Part shown: in pieces, positions 23,918 to 36,000 of the stretch
Layout of the letters: each line of letters begins with the position of its first letter
Position numbering within the stretch: the first letter of the stretch is position 1
Source of the DNA: Amoebophrya sp. A120
Lineage: Eukaryota; Protista; Dinoflagellata
Assembly: GCA_905178155.1 (NCBI GenBank)
Contig: CAJINV010000001.1
Span: 282,344 to 346,343, forward strand
Length of the DNA: 64,000 nt
Direction: 5' to 3'
Made by a program: the position numbers and the translations under genes
Notes under the pieces: generated by a model
What the model was told of the DNA's origin: nothing
What the model saw: the letters and a program-made list of their open reading frames with translations, nothing else
The model's database searches: none

Positions 23918-26900
23918 TCATTTCCCTTTCGCGTGCTTCCCTGCTGGTGTTTGGTGAAACAGTGTGTACTTCGCCGTCAAGCTCTTGTTTCCGTCCGGGT
24001 TGCACATCACCGGCGTCTTCATCGGCAACTTGTCCGACGCGATGTGCACGGGCTTGAAAAAGCCGCCGAACATCTTGATGATAGCCGCCTCCTGCTTGTC
24101 TTCCGCCTTGTCTACCTGTGCTGGGAGATCCGGAATGGCCACCTCCACCAGCACCTTGCTGAAGATGAGAATGTGCTCCCCAACTATATCGAATGTAAAA
24201 ATGTCTGGGTCTGGAAAAGTGGAACTTGTAATGCGTGTAATGCATTCCTGGAAAACCTGTGTTGCATGAGCAGCAAAAGAGAGGCTTTCTTTGTCACGCA
24301 AAAAATGCGTGCTAGGCATCAGCAGGCGTCTCAAAAACTTGTCATGCTTGGCTGCCATTGGAAGCGCTTCAATCATGCGCAATTCAGCATCACAAGTTTC
24401 CAGACCCAGACATTTTTGCATTTGATAAACTAGAAACGCCAGCAACTTGTGCTCGGTTTCCCAGTCCCGGAAGGGCTTCATCGCGAACACGCCGAGCCCC
24501 GCGTTCACGATCATGGCCATGGTCGCGATGGCGGCGAAAATGCTCTGCCACGCGCCAATGCTTTCCGCGCCGGAAGGGTAGACCCGCTGCACGACGTGGA
24601 GCTGTCGGTAGGCGATTATGCGGTACTCGATCATGTTGCTGGCCAGGGCGAGCATGGTCAGAATCGGGAGGACGACACTGAAGCAGGTGACCTGACAATT
24701 TATTTTTGGGAGTGAGTGCTATCGCTTATACGATGCAGACGTGACTGTTCTTCTTACTAGTCTGAACCTGAAGATGAATTGTTCCGGGACCGTACGGAGC
24801 GAAGAACGGTAAATGAATAATGAAAGGAGAAAAGCCTAAATCTGAGATACCATCGCAAACTGCACGGTGAGTTCCATGTAATCGTTGAGCATGTCGGAAG
24901 AAACGAAGTCGTCCAACTTCGCTTGCACTTGCAGATAGGTGTAGTTCGCCCCGTCCACTCCCGGCTTCCTCACTTCCTGGTGCACGAGCAGCCGCGTCAT
25001 CACGATGCGCTTGATCAGCATTGCGCCCGTGACCGCCATGTGTACAAGAAAGAACGTCGTCAAGCAAGTTTCCAACGCTAGGATGCAGCTGCCGCCCGGC
25101 CCGGAGCACCCTTCTACGTACTCTTTTGCGAACGCGACGTAGAGAAACGGGTACATGGCGTTGAAAAATTTCACCATCACGACTTTGAAAACCAGGGAGC
25201 TCTGGTACCTCAGGTTTTGTTTCATGGAGTACAGCTACAGTGCCCGTCAAGGAGCGAACAAGTACTTAAACGACCAACACAGACACACAGACGTGCCACC
25301 ACACCATGACATCAGTGACACAAAGCCTTTAAACTAACCTGCTTTCTGTCTTGTGGTTTTCCCTTTCGGTGACTACGACTGCTATTTTTCCCCAGGCCAT
25401 GTCGAGCGCCTTCACCTGCATGGTAATGAGTACCGCGCCGAGTTTCGCGCCCATCTTTATCGCGAACTCGCGGTCGTCCGTCATTTTTATGATGAAGGCC
25501 GTGATTGGGTTATCGCTTGGGTGGTGCACCATCACGTAGCGCACGGACTGGATCACTGCAATACCGCCGATAATGCACGCCAGGAAGGTGCTCATCACGG
25601 AAGCACCCAGAGCGCTCCACCACGTCGCCTTACGGTCGGCGTCGTCTGTTTATTCAGCATCAGGATCAGGACGACGTGCAGGTGCACAACTACATGTACA
25701 TTATGGTACAGATAGCATACGCAAACCAATCAAAAACGTATAAATGTTTCTTGGCGTAAAAATGTCATACCGTGATCTCTATATCCGGATCTTATGCTTG
25801 CCACGTTGTCGTAGTTTCGCGTGCCCCAGACGGTCGCCTGGATGATAGCTTGTCGATTGTAGTTTTCACAGAACTGCGCGGCCCAGAGCGCCATGAAGAG
25901 GCAGAAGCAGTCTTGGATCATCCTGCAATTTTAGTGTTTCAACATGCAGAAATTTTCTTGTTGCTAAGTACTCAGTAAAGTTGTAGGACATCCCACCAGC
26001 GGACGAACCAGATTTAAAACAAACATCCAACGTCCGAAGCAACTCTCTTCACCTTTGTGTTTCCATGTCCAGTCCGAAGAAGCGTCGCGCGAAGAGAATC
26101 AAAGCCACCAACGTTGGCACGACCAGTTGCACGGTGTAAAAGCGGAACCAGTGGAAGAAAAAGGCCATTTCCTCGCCGAAGTAGTCCTTGGCCTCATCGA
26201 TCCGGTGCGAAGGAAACCGCCAGAAGCTCCACCTGTGCCCAAAATTCGTGACCGGGTCTTCCAGCATTGCCACGTCTTTGTATTTGTGGGCCACAAACTT
26301 TTTGATCATCACCCCGAACCGCTCCATGGCGTTGGTGTCGATAAAATGCCCAATTCGTCGTCGCATCATGCGGAGCTTGTCGATCTCGCGGAAATCTTCG
26401 TAGTACGCATCGTTTTCCAGCTCATACCTTTTTGATGATTCGGAGCCCTTTTTGATTTAGATTATCATACAAACTCAGTCTGTGTGGCTTCTCATCATTC
26501 ATCATCAAACGCAAAAAAAAAGAAACGACTCCAGGCAATTATACGTCGTCCAACCCGGCACCGGCACGGGCCCCTGCCCGTCGTTGACGTGTGGGACCAG
26601 CATCTTCCCGTCCTCCCCGACGCTATCTCGAGCGGTGCCTACTGGGTATGCGCTGGCGCGAAGCGCAGCCCGGTATCCCTCCGAGTTTGCTATCAGCTTT
26701 ATCAATTCCGATCGGCGATCGGTACCGATGCAGTAAAACAGCTCATCGTTATCCGCACCTGGGAAGTTTTTATTTGAGGTTGAGTCGGCTTTTCACGGGC
26801 TAATTGTCCATCTAGTACTAGAACCATCGAACATGGCATGAAAAAACTCCTGTCAGTACTTAACGTCGTGTTCACTGTGAGGCCGATTCTGTTTCCGGTG

Positions 26901-27892
26901 AGCAAGTCCATTGCGCGCTCCATGATTTTGGTGTGGAACTCCAGCCGGGTCATGTCTTTCTGGAAATCCACGGTCAAGCGGTCCCGGCTGGTTGGCAATT
27001 CGTGCTCGTTGGCCTTGGGTCGCTGGGCTACGAAAATCTCCTTGGCCATGTTCAAACAGTCCTTGGCCTTGTACACGTCGTCCCAGCCGTACGCTACCCG
27101 GTCGCACTTCGGTAGGTCCGCCTTCGTCTGCGGCTTCGCCTGTTGCCGCAATAGAGCTTTATCGAAAGGAAAAATCCCCCCTCCCCATATCAAAACGGAA
27201 TTTCTGATGCTGGATTTGTGTACACAGATCAGGTTTGTATTGCAGAGAGGCACTGCGGCCAAATCCCCAGGCACGTTAGGGGCGTATAGGTGTAGTTGTT
27301 CAGCATGGCAAGCGGGTCACTTTTAGGGGCAACAGCATGACAGATCGCTTCCATAGTGGGGCGGAAGCTTCTGCCCTTGTCTTCTGGCAATACAGATGTG
27401 ATTTGCGACCTCAAATCAGCAACACAAATTTTCGGAAACATACCATTTCGATATGGGGAGGGGGGATTTTTCCTTACAATAAGCTTCCTCCGAAGTTTTC
27501 AACGGGAAAATCCAGACGTAGTCGCCCAGATATCCAAGAAAAAAACGTTGTAGGTGTAACTTTTTTGGAGGAACAGCATTACAAAGTTGTCTGGTATGAC
27601 AGCAAAAACCTGTCATGCGCAGATAGTACTCGAAAACGCCCTTTAGTGGACCCTACGATGCATGCCAAGCATGACAGACGCAATCATCTTGCATGTTGCG
27701 CATCACAAATTTCCACTAACATACAACGTTTTTTCTCTTGGATACCAGGTCGTCGTCGTTCACCACTTCGACCCCCAAAACATTTATCTTCTCCCGACCG
27801 CGCTCGGCTTTCAGCAGCGGCTGGATGTCCCGCTCGTTGCCACTCTGGGAGGGCAGCGGGCTCTTGCCCGCCGGATCCTCCGGGGCCGGCAT
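23918..27892 (-). CDS. Anoctamin/TMEM16 family protein, multi-exon
   Basis: Motifs KDYFGEEMAFFFHWF, ENHKTESRYQSSLVFK, DYMELTVQF, LALASNMIEYR...AESIGAW and EHILIFSKVLVEVAIPD. Several GT-AG introns plus three introners. Confidence 0.9.
24187..24427. mobile_element. Introner family A (241 bp), TSD aacta
   Basis: Family A TIR; aacta at 24182-24186 and 24428-24432. Removal gives AFLV-GEHILIF in frame. Confidence 0.92.
27160..27481. mobile_element. Introner family B (322 bp), TSD agctt
   Basis: TIR tatcgaaaggaaaaatccccc..ccccatat / atatgggg..gggatttttccttacaata. Removal gives TSEEA-LLRQQAK. Confidence 0.92.
27531..27744. mobile_element. Introner family G (214 bp), TSD ccaga/ccagg
   Basis: TIR tatccaagaaaaaaacgttgta / tacaacgttttttctcttggata. 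Removal gives DDDLG-DYVWIFP. Confidence 0.9.
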
Positions 27893-28520
27893 ATGGTCGT
27901 GTCAGGTCGGGAAACCTCCTAACGCGGACAAGTAGAAAGAGATCCCTGTGATAGGTGAAGCGGGCTCAAGTTGAGGGGAGAGAGATTTACTTTGGTGGAA
28001 AACCGAAGTGACACAGGATTTTATCGCTCTTTGTGTAGCAGCTTCTTCTCATACGCGTGGTGGCACTACGTCCTCCTCCTACCTCTTCCTCACAAAAGTA
28101 AGCTCTCAACACCTCTGGACATTGACGATAGATGCCCTGTGTCTTACGTCGCAGCAAGAAACTGCTCCTCACTCCAGCTCCAGTAGCACTTTCAGTCACC
28201 AGCACCCTGTAACAGAAAGAGAAACCAGTACTGAACCTCAAAAACAGTCATCCTTTTCCTTCCCGCCAAGACTGCGCAGTAAAACAAGTGGACCGTCGTT
28301 CCGAAAAACGTACTTAGCCCCCAGGATTTGCTTGAAGGTACTCAGTTACAACCCTCGGGCAAGTGAATGAATGCGAGCAGCTCCTGGACGAGAGGACCGA
28401 TGAAGCAGGAAATGGAAACCGGCAACCGCACTGCAATTATGGCGGATACATAGTGTTCATTTACGAAACAGGAGGACCACGCCATCGGCCGCGGGGGCAG
28501 GATGAAGTAGTTCTACTTAG

Positions 28521-28860
28521 ATTCTATGTACTTTCGCACCCTCGTCACTCTATCCTCCGTATTTTTTTGCTTTTACTGTATGGCGTTCTCAAACGTTACA
28601 TTCTCAACTGTTACATGAAATTTGTAATGCAAGAATGGCAAAGTGAAAGGGAAAACATTGCGCCTTTTGCATTACAGGTGTGGAGCAGATTATAATGCTA
28701 TCTAGCGCATCGAGAGGTTGTCATGCGGAGAAGGCTTGATCGTGTTAAGAGTGGTAGTGTTTTTGCATGACAAATCATGTAACAGTTGAGAATGTAACAT
28801 TTGAGAACGCCATATACTGTCCTCGTCGGATTTCATCACGTTGAAGATTTCAGAGATTGG
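28521..28860 (-). pseudogene. Duplicate of the Psf3 3' end carrying a family D introner
   Basis: Matches 30631-30990 except for the inserted element. Confidence 0.75.
28579..28814. mobile_element. Introner family D (236 bp), TSD tactg
   Basis: TIR tatggcgttctcaaacgttacattctcaactgttacatg / catgtaacagttgagaatgtaacatttgagaacgccata. Confidence 0.92.
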
Positions 28861-29199
28861 TTGGCAGCAGGGAATTTGTTGTGGGCCATGCAAAGCGCAA
28901 CACCTTTACCCAGCGACACGCCCAACAGCCATCCGGCGGCTGTTCGCTGTAGAGCATGCAAGGAGCCACACTGCGACGGGCGAAAACACGCAACCGCTGC
29001 CGTTTTAAGACGCTGCGCGCCCGCCCACCCTTACTCAGCCGGCGCCAAACATGTGCCCGCCCCCGTGGCTAAAAAGCGCGCGCGGGCACGCACAACAAAA
29101 CGACAACGGGGCCGGCCCCGCTCCCGGCGGGCGCAGCTCATGGGCGCGCACGGCTTCCGAGGTTCTGCAAAGAGGGAGGCGGAAGCAAGCAATTTTATA

Positions 29200-29380
29200 C
29201 AAAACCCTGAGAAAGTAGCACAGAAGCTGCGTCTTAGGGTTTAGAAGCAACAAAATTTACACCAAAACCCCGAAGAAGAAAAGCTGCGTCCTAGGGTTTA
29301 GAAGCCACAAACGTTGCACCAAAACCCCGAAGACACACCCAACTTGATAACAAAATCTCAGAAAGTAGCAGAGAAGCTGC
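29200..29380. repeat. Short degenerate ~60-bp tandem repeat with TAGGGTTTA/AAACCC motifs
   Basis: aagctgcgtc(t/c)tagggtttagaagc..caccaaaaccccgaaga occurs twice, plus partial copies. Confidence 0.6.
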
Positions 29381-29664
29381 AGCGAAACCAATGCAGCCAG
29401 GGGCACCAGGGTGCCGGCAGGTGGGATTCACGAAGTTGATCAAAGATCATCTCTGGCATCATCTAGAAGGACCGGGTCGCAGAAATTAAAACTCAAAAGT
29501 ATGCCTTGTGGTGCACCTGTTGTTCAGTTTTGTCAGAGACAATCATGCCTATGCGACCAATCACAGTTCCGGCGACACCACGTTCACACATAAGGAGCTA
29601 TTCTCCCAGCACATCTAAAGTCCCCTGTTCTCAACTCCCGGGTGGGTAGTTGTTGGGAAAGACT

Positions 29665-29733
29665 CTCGTCACTCTATCCTCCGTATTTTTTTGCTCTTAC
29701 TGTCCTCGTCGGATTTCATCACGTTGAATATTT
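29665..29733 (-). pseudogene. Introner-free copy of the Psf3 last codons
   Basis: Encodes IFNVMKSDEDSKSKKIRRIE* uninterrupted, with a single cttactg site. Confidence 0.85.
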
Positions 29734-30100
29734 GGTCATCGGCCTCTCCAACCCGTCCATCCGCGGCCGACCAAATCGGACCGAGATCGCGATCTCGGGA
29801 CGATTTGGACAACGGCCTCTCCAACCCGTCCATCCGCGGCCGACCAAATCGGCTCGAGACCGCGATCTTGGGACGATTTGGCCATCGGCCTCTCCAACCC
29901 GTCCACCCGCGGCCGACCAAATCGGCTCGAGATCGCGATCTGGGGACGATTTGGTCATCGGCCTCTCCAACCCGTCCACCCGCGGCCGACCAAATCGGCT
30001 CGAGGCCGCGATCTCGGGACGATTTGGTCAGCAGCCCCACCAAACCGGCTCGAGAACGCGACCTCACGCCGATTTGGTCGCCCTCTCCAACCCGGCCCGA
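29731..30100. repeat. 73-bp tandem repeat (4 full copies, then degenerate)
   Basis: tttgg starts at 29731, 29804, 29877, 29950 and 30023. Units contain gatttggtc/gaccaaatc inverted motifs. Confidence 0.9.
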
Positions 30101-30657
30101 AGTGCCAGAGCCAGACGCCCATCCGAACTGACCCGCCGCCCTCCCGCCTCGTCCCCAACCCGGCCCGGCGTGCCGGGCCCCATCGCTTCCCGACCAAACC
30201 GCCACTCCGGGCCGACTTCGGCCGCTCCGACCTCTGGCCCATCCGCGAGCGACCAAACCGGCTCGAGAACGCCTGCGCCCCCCGGCCAAATCGGCTCGAG
30301 AACGCGTTCTCGGAGCGGCTTGGCCCGCCGTCCTCCTACCTCCTCCCCAACCCGGCCCGGAGTGCCAGAGGCGTCGCCCACGCGATCGCGTTCGCGCGCC
30401 CGTTTGATCCGCGGGAAAGGCGCTGCCACAAAAGCTGCGCCAACCCACGATGGATCGCTGGCCCGCTTTTGTTCTTGCGACCGGCGGGCGCGAAAGCTGC
30501 CAAATATTGCGACCCTGGGGAAAGTTTCAGGGTGTGCACTGCACTGTTCGTGAAATTATCCGAGACGCGAAATACGCACCAAGTACAAAGAGCTTACGCG
30601 GCCGCTTATTTAACAGGTGCCCAAGCTGTAATTCTATGTACTTTCGCACCCTCGACG

Positions 30658-31787
30658 TCACTCTATCCTCCGTATTTTTTTGCTCTTGCTATCAAAAGTA
30701 AAAATCCCTGGATGTCTGGAAACTTGTGATGCTGGGTGGCGTCTCATGATGAGGCTACAAATCCTGACTCAGCATGACAAGTTTCTGAGCTCCTAGGTGT
30801 TGCCTGTTCTGCATGACAAACTGCGCTTCTGCATCACAGAAAAACGGAGCTCTTAGGTAACGTGCATGACAGATGTAAGAGTCATGCCAGACAAGCATGA
30901 CAAACATGAATTCTTCCAGACCCAGACATTTTTACAGTTGATACTTACTGTCCTCGTCGGATTTCATCACGTTGAATATTTCAGTGATGGCCAGTTCTGC
31001 CTCGCGAATCCCGAAAAACAGGTTTTCCTCCACGTACGTGAGCATTTGCACGTACAATGGATCCACGTGCTCCGCCACGCCCTTGCGCCCGAGCATGGTG
31101 ATCGTCGCATTCCATCTTGCTTTCGCGGCGCTGAAGAGCTGGTTGCGCAGCCGCGGCCACGCCATTCGTTCCACATCCAGGGGAAGCTGCACGTTGTATC
31201 GATGGAACCTGAAAATGAAGTATTAATTTGTATCAGTTACGACAACATGCTGCATTAAGTCTTAGTTCCTCAAAAATCAACGAAGCAACCAATAACCTAT
31301 CTATGCCCCACCGCAACTAAGTTCTTGTGACGTAGATGAAAACATATCAATCTATCAATTCACAAACACACTGCTTCTATCTATACACGAACGCCATCCT
31401 TGACCCGATTTCGAAGTAGAAGGGCGAAAAATTCCGCAGGTGGACTTTGGACGGGTCACTCGCGAGACTGTACACGAGCGAGTCGCAGTACTGGTTCGGC
31501 GCTTCGAATTGTACTGTCCCCTTGATTTGCCCCGTCGCGGCGTCCGTCTGCGTCAGTCCGATGAGCGCTTGCGCGAGCCAGAAAGGTAGCTTCAGCTTCG
31601 TCCCCGCGGGCAAGGTGAGCTCTTCCGCACTCCCGGTGGTCCGTTGCGCCATGCCGACGCCTTCTAGGAGGTGTGCCGCATGGTACAGAGGGTGATTCGT
31701 TTCGCAGGGAATCAACTCCTCCTCGCTTATTAGCTCCTCCAGATCCCAGTAGTCGCGGCAGGGCGAGTACAAGGAATGCTGCGCCAT
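30658..31787 (-). CDS. PSF3: GINS complex subunit Psf3
   Basis: DYWDLEELISEEELIPC, LPAGTKLKLPFWLAQAL, LASDPSKVHLRNFSPFYFEIG and LTYVEENLF. One GT-AG intron (~31385-31209) and one introner near the stop. Confidence 0.88.
30690..30943. mobile_element. Introner family A (254 bp), TSD cttgc/cttac
   Basis: Reverse-orientation relative of 44899-45150. Removal gives DSK-SKKIRRIE*, identical to the empty copy at 29665. Confidence 0.92.
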
Positions 31788-33045
31788 TTTCTTGGAACCA
31801 ATTGCTAAAGGATCAGAGACGGTAGCATGAGTGTAGGAATCAAGCGCAGCTAGGGTTACTTACATCAATCTCCATCTTAACTGCTTTCGGAGAAATAACA
31901 GCGAGGACGGGCCGGCTCCGAATCTTGTTCAGGTCAGAACCGGACGAGATGCAAACCACAAACTTTCAATCCATCCAGGTGTCGTGGCATGTTGCAGTTT
32001 TCATACGTCACCATCGAGGCTTGTTGTTGTTGACAGCTTTTGATATTTGAAGACAGCAACAGTGCGGCAGCTATTTTCATTTGTTTCAACACACCGGGAT
32101 GCACTTACTGCAAGGTAAGTCACCTACACGACGAGCACAATCTTCAATGCGAACACGAGAAACACGACTGCTGGAGGTTCGTTGATTGCAGCTGTCTCCT
32201 CATTATTTGGCTCCAAACCCCAGGAGGTGTGACCACGAACACGGTGCGGGGGAGGTGACCTTTTTGTACTTCTCATATTGCAACAATGTGTACTACTCAA
32301 TACAGCCTGATCAGCTTTCCGTACCGCGCGTCTTCATCAAGGTACATCTATGTTGTCTTGTTTCAATTCATCATCCAACTTCGGAGTGCCGAAGCACCAA
32401 GAAGCCATGCGGTGGAACAAGCCCAGATGGAACCAGACCGGCAGGCCAGCGCGTAGACGTCTAGCCGAACCCGAAGGCTTCGCTTGGTCCTGGTTCGGTT
32501 GGGCTACGGAAGATATGAAAAGCAATAAACAAAATTTGACAAAACTTGCCTTTAATACTCGCAGTGGATGTGGAAAAAAGACCACCCACTGATAGAGAAA
32601 GACTGGCACTCCGCACGCGTTGACGTAGAAGTTCTACTGGTACAAAACAAGATTGGAAAAAAATAGCGTTTGCGCCTGCAAGTGGCAGATTGAGAGTACT
32701 ACTTCTTACGCCGTTCACTAATTCTAATTTTGGGTTTGTGGATGTTGACGTTCTTTTTCCATTCTACAAATAAGGTGCTCATGCTGTCTTTTGATATGAC
32801 TCATACCCTCACAGCGAAAGTAAAAATGTCCATCGTAATGACACCATGATTGACATTGATTCTCAATGGCAGTGTTAAAAGTAGTGACTCACCAGATTGA
32901 CTGGTGGGGGTTTCATTTGTTCCCACAAAAATCACCACGAATGGCGACGACGCAGCGCTACTTATGTGAGAACGAGGATATTAACAGGCACATCACAAGA
33001 ACAATGACTTGTCTCCCAAACGCCTCCCTCCCTGCCTTGTGCTAC

Positions 33046-36000
33046 CTACATTCGCCTTTTCGGTGGTGAGATATTACCATCTCCGCCTTCAAAACGCGAA
33101 CCCTTGACGGACAGATTCACCTGTACCGGTCGTTTCTTGGTCGCGTTCACGGGAAAATTCCACTGGCCGGTCGCCGTTCCCCGCGGCGGACTCAACACCG
33201 AGGACTCTTCCATCGCCAAACAGGGCAGCGACTTCTTCGCGGCACTCACCGCGGCCATCACCTCGCCGGCCGACGGCTTTCGCATTTTGCGGATGTGGTA
33301 GTGTTATGCATTGCAAAAGTATCGTACTCGTATAAATGCATTACAAATTCCCTCAGCATGAAAAGCAAAATTTGTCATGCGGATTTACCTTAAGAAAGAA
33401 ACTTGTAATGCATGACTGCAATTACTACGAATACGATACTTTTGCACAGGATAAGTGTTCCTTCATCCCCGCGGCGAGTAAGGCGGACAAAGTGCTCCCG
33501 CCGATAGTAGTACTACCGGGCGGCCCTGATGTTGTTGAACCGTTTCCATTGGCGGAAGAGTTTATCTTCATCCCAGCAGATGAATGATCGCCCAGGGTAG
33601 GCACGACAGACTTCGTCGGCAACTGGTCGCTGTAGTTGGCGACGACATCGCCGGGCGCTACTGTACCTGCTGCAGCCGCGGCGTTGATCAGAATCCCTGC
33701 AGTCGTCGGTGTCGGGTTTCTACTGGTCGTGCTTTTTTGGTTCAAATTCAACATCTCCGATGCTGGTGTTGTGCCAGCAGAGTGGTTGTAGTTGTCTAGA
33801 AAATGTTCCTTCGACGCGTGCTGCAAGTTCGTGAAGACCACGCTGCCTTCCTGCAAAAAATCCCTCTGCTGGGCCGAAACCGTCGGCGGTGTGGCCGTAC
33901 TTGACGTTCCGGGGGCTCGTTCTGAGCGCTTTCTATTGCTAGGTACCGTGGTCGACTCGTCAAATCTTAACATTTGGCTGGGAATGGAGCTCGTGTATTT
34001 ACCATTCCCACCACCACCAGCTGCACCGTTCATAATCCCGCTGGTGCCGTTCCCACTCAGGGGCCGACTGTTCCCGACAATTTCGCCCTGCGTGTTGATG
34101 GCCTCGTCCCGCCGCAGCGTGGACCGGAGCTCTTGGCGCCGCTTCTGGGCCAACTGGGAGATGAACTTCTCGACCGAAAAACCATCCCCAGCAAAATCTG
34201 CCTGCTGCTGCTGGACCTGAGGTTCAGGTTTTGTTATTGATGGGCATGTGGGATTTTTCTAGCTATAAACTTCATCGTTTCAGTTTTTTCTGTTCAAGCT
34301 CATCGAGGTCAAACTGTTCTTACAGGTACAGGTCGTAAAGCAAAACTTGTTCATCATTCAAAGCAATGCTTTACCTGATCCAGTTCCATCTGGTGAATGA
34401 TTTGCTGTTGCGGCTGTGTTGCCCTGGTATGCCTTTTCTGTGCGCGCGCGTTCAGGGAGCGCAGGCTGAGTGGCAAATTGCGAATGGCGTCCTTCACCGG
34501 CGTCGGGCCGGTGTGCATGATTTCCGCAACCGTTTTGCCCTTTTGTCCGCTGGCCGACACTGTGCCGCCCGGCGTGCCGAATTCGCCGGGGAAGTTGCCC
34601 TCGATTTTGGACACTGAAATCGGGACGATGACCGACCCGGAAGCAGAGTGCGTCATGATGGGCGTGGTCAACATTTTCACGGATGTTGAATCAACAGAAT
34701 TCATCTTGTGGGGCGTCGCGGTCGCGTTCACAATCTTCGTCGTCGCCAGACTGTGCGGCATGCCGGCGGGACCGGCGACGCCGGAACTAGCTGGTGCGCT
34801 CGGCCTCTTCGTCGGCGCGTTGGAAAGTCCAACGAGGTCCCGTAGGTCCATATTCTTCTGGTGCTTGTTGAGACGGTCACTAATTACGATCCCAGGGTCG
34901 ATTGACTTGCTCTGCAAGCTACTGCTGGCGAGAGAAATCGATGCGGAGTTTTCTTCTTTGCTATTGCCATCGAGCTGCTGCATTCCACCTGCTGCCGCAC
35001 AGTCAACGCCGGTGTCTGGATGCTGCTGCTGTTCTTGTTGATGCGAAAGCACAACGTCGGGATTCGTCCCGAGCACCTCCATTTCGGATGATTCCTCTGC
35101 ACCAGAATACTGTGGTATTTGTTGATCCGCAGCTTCTGCTCCACTGTCAACAACCACGGCGCCGGAATTATTAGTAAAAACAACCTGTCCTCGCTTCTTC
35201 ACCAGATTGGAAATGTGTTCGTCGGCCGAGCTCGCTGGGTCTGAGTGGATCGCGTTTTGACTCGCGTTTCGCGCAACATCGAGCGCGTTGAACGCGTCGC
35301 TCCCGACCGTGTAGATGTTCGGTCCTAGGTTATTACGGGTAGTTGTTGTAATTCCGTTACGGGTGGACGACACGAGCTTCTTCCCCACAGGCACGATGTT
35401 GCCTATCGTAGTAGTTCTTTGCTGCTGAAGCTGCCGTGTCTGTCGCAACAAGCCCACCGCGCTTGTCGGGTTGCTGGCGGTGTTCTGCTATGCATTGCAA
35501 AAGCATCGCACTGGCAGCAATAGTATAAATTGCATGACAAATTTCGGCAAGAAGGAAAGTGGAACTTGTAATGCTGTTTTGCCCTAGGAGAGATATTTGT
35601 CATGCATATTTGCAATTAGTACGGGTACGATACTTTTGCACAGGATATCTGCTCGTCATCAAACGGCCCGACCGTCTCGCCGTTGTGCCACGTTGGCGGC
35701 GGCACGCCGTTCACGCTGCCATTGAAGGAGACCACCTCCTGCACGATGCCCCCGAGATTCAGACTTGCGAGCAGGTTCTGCGCACTTTGGTTGACGGCAG
35801 CGGTATTTATTGTCGGTTGTTGTCCTCCTCCTCCTCCGAGCACCTGCGCTAAGGGCGTGGTCCCCGCACTGCCCCCGTCGCTGGACGAAACCGCGGCGCT
35901 CAAGGCCGCGTTCGGCGACTCTTCCACGATGGTCACGCCTGTCGGTGGCTGCCCGTCCTGCTCAATCGCTGCCCACACAGGCTGCCTTTGACTCCGCATC

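Noticed and set aside
29200-29380. True telomere or interstitial telomeric array
   Set aside because: Only isolated TAGGGTTTA/AAACCC motifs, not tandem TTTAGGG repeats.
29642-30729. Long ORFs of 259-303 aa on both strands
   Set aside because: Products of the stop-poor 73-bp repeat, whose period is not a multiple of 3.
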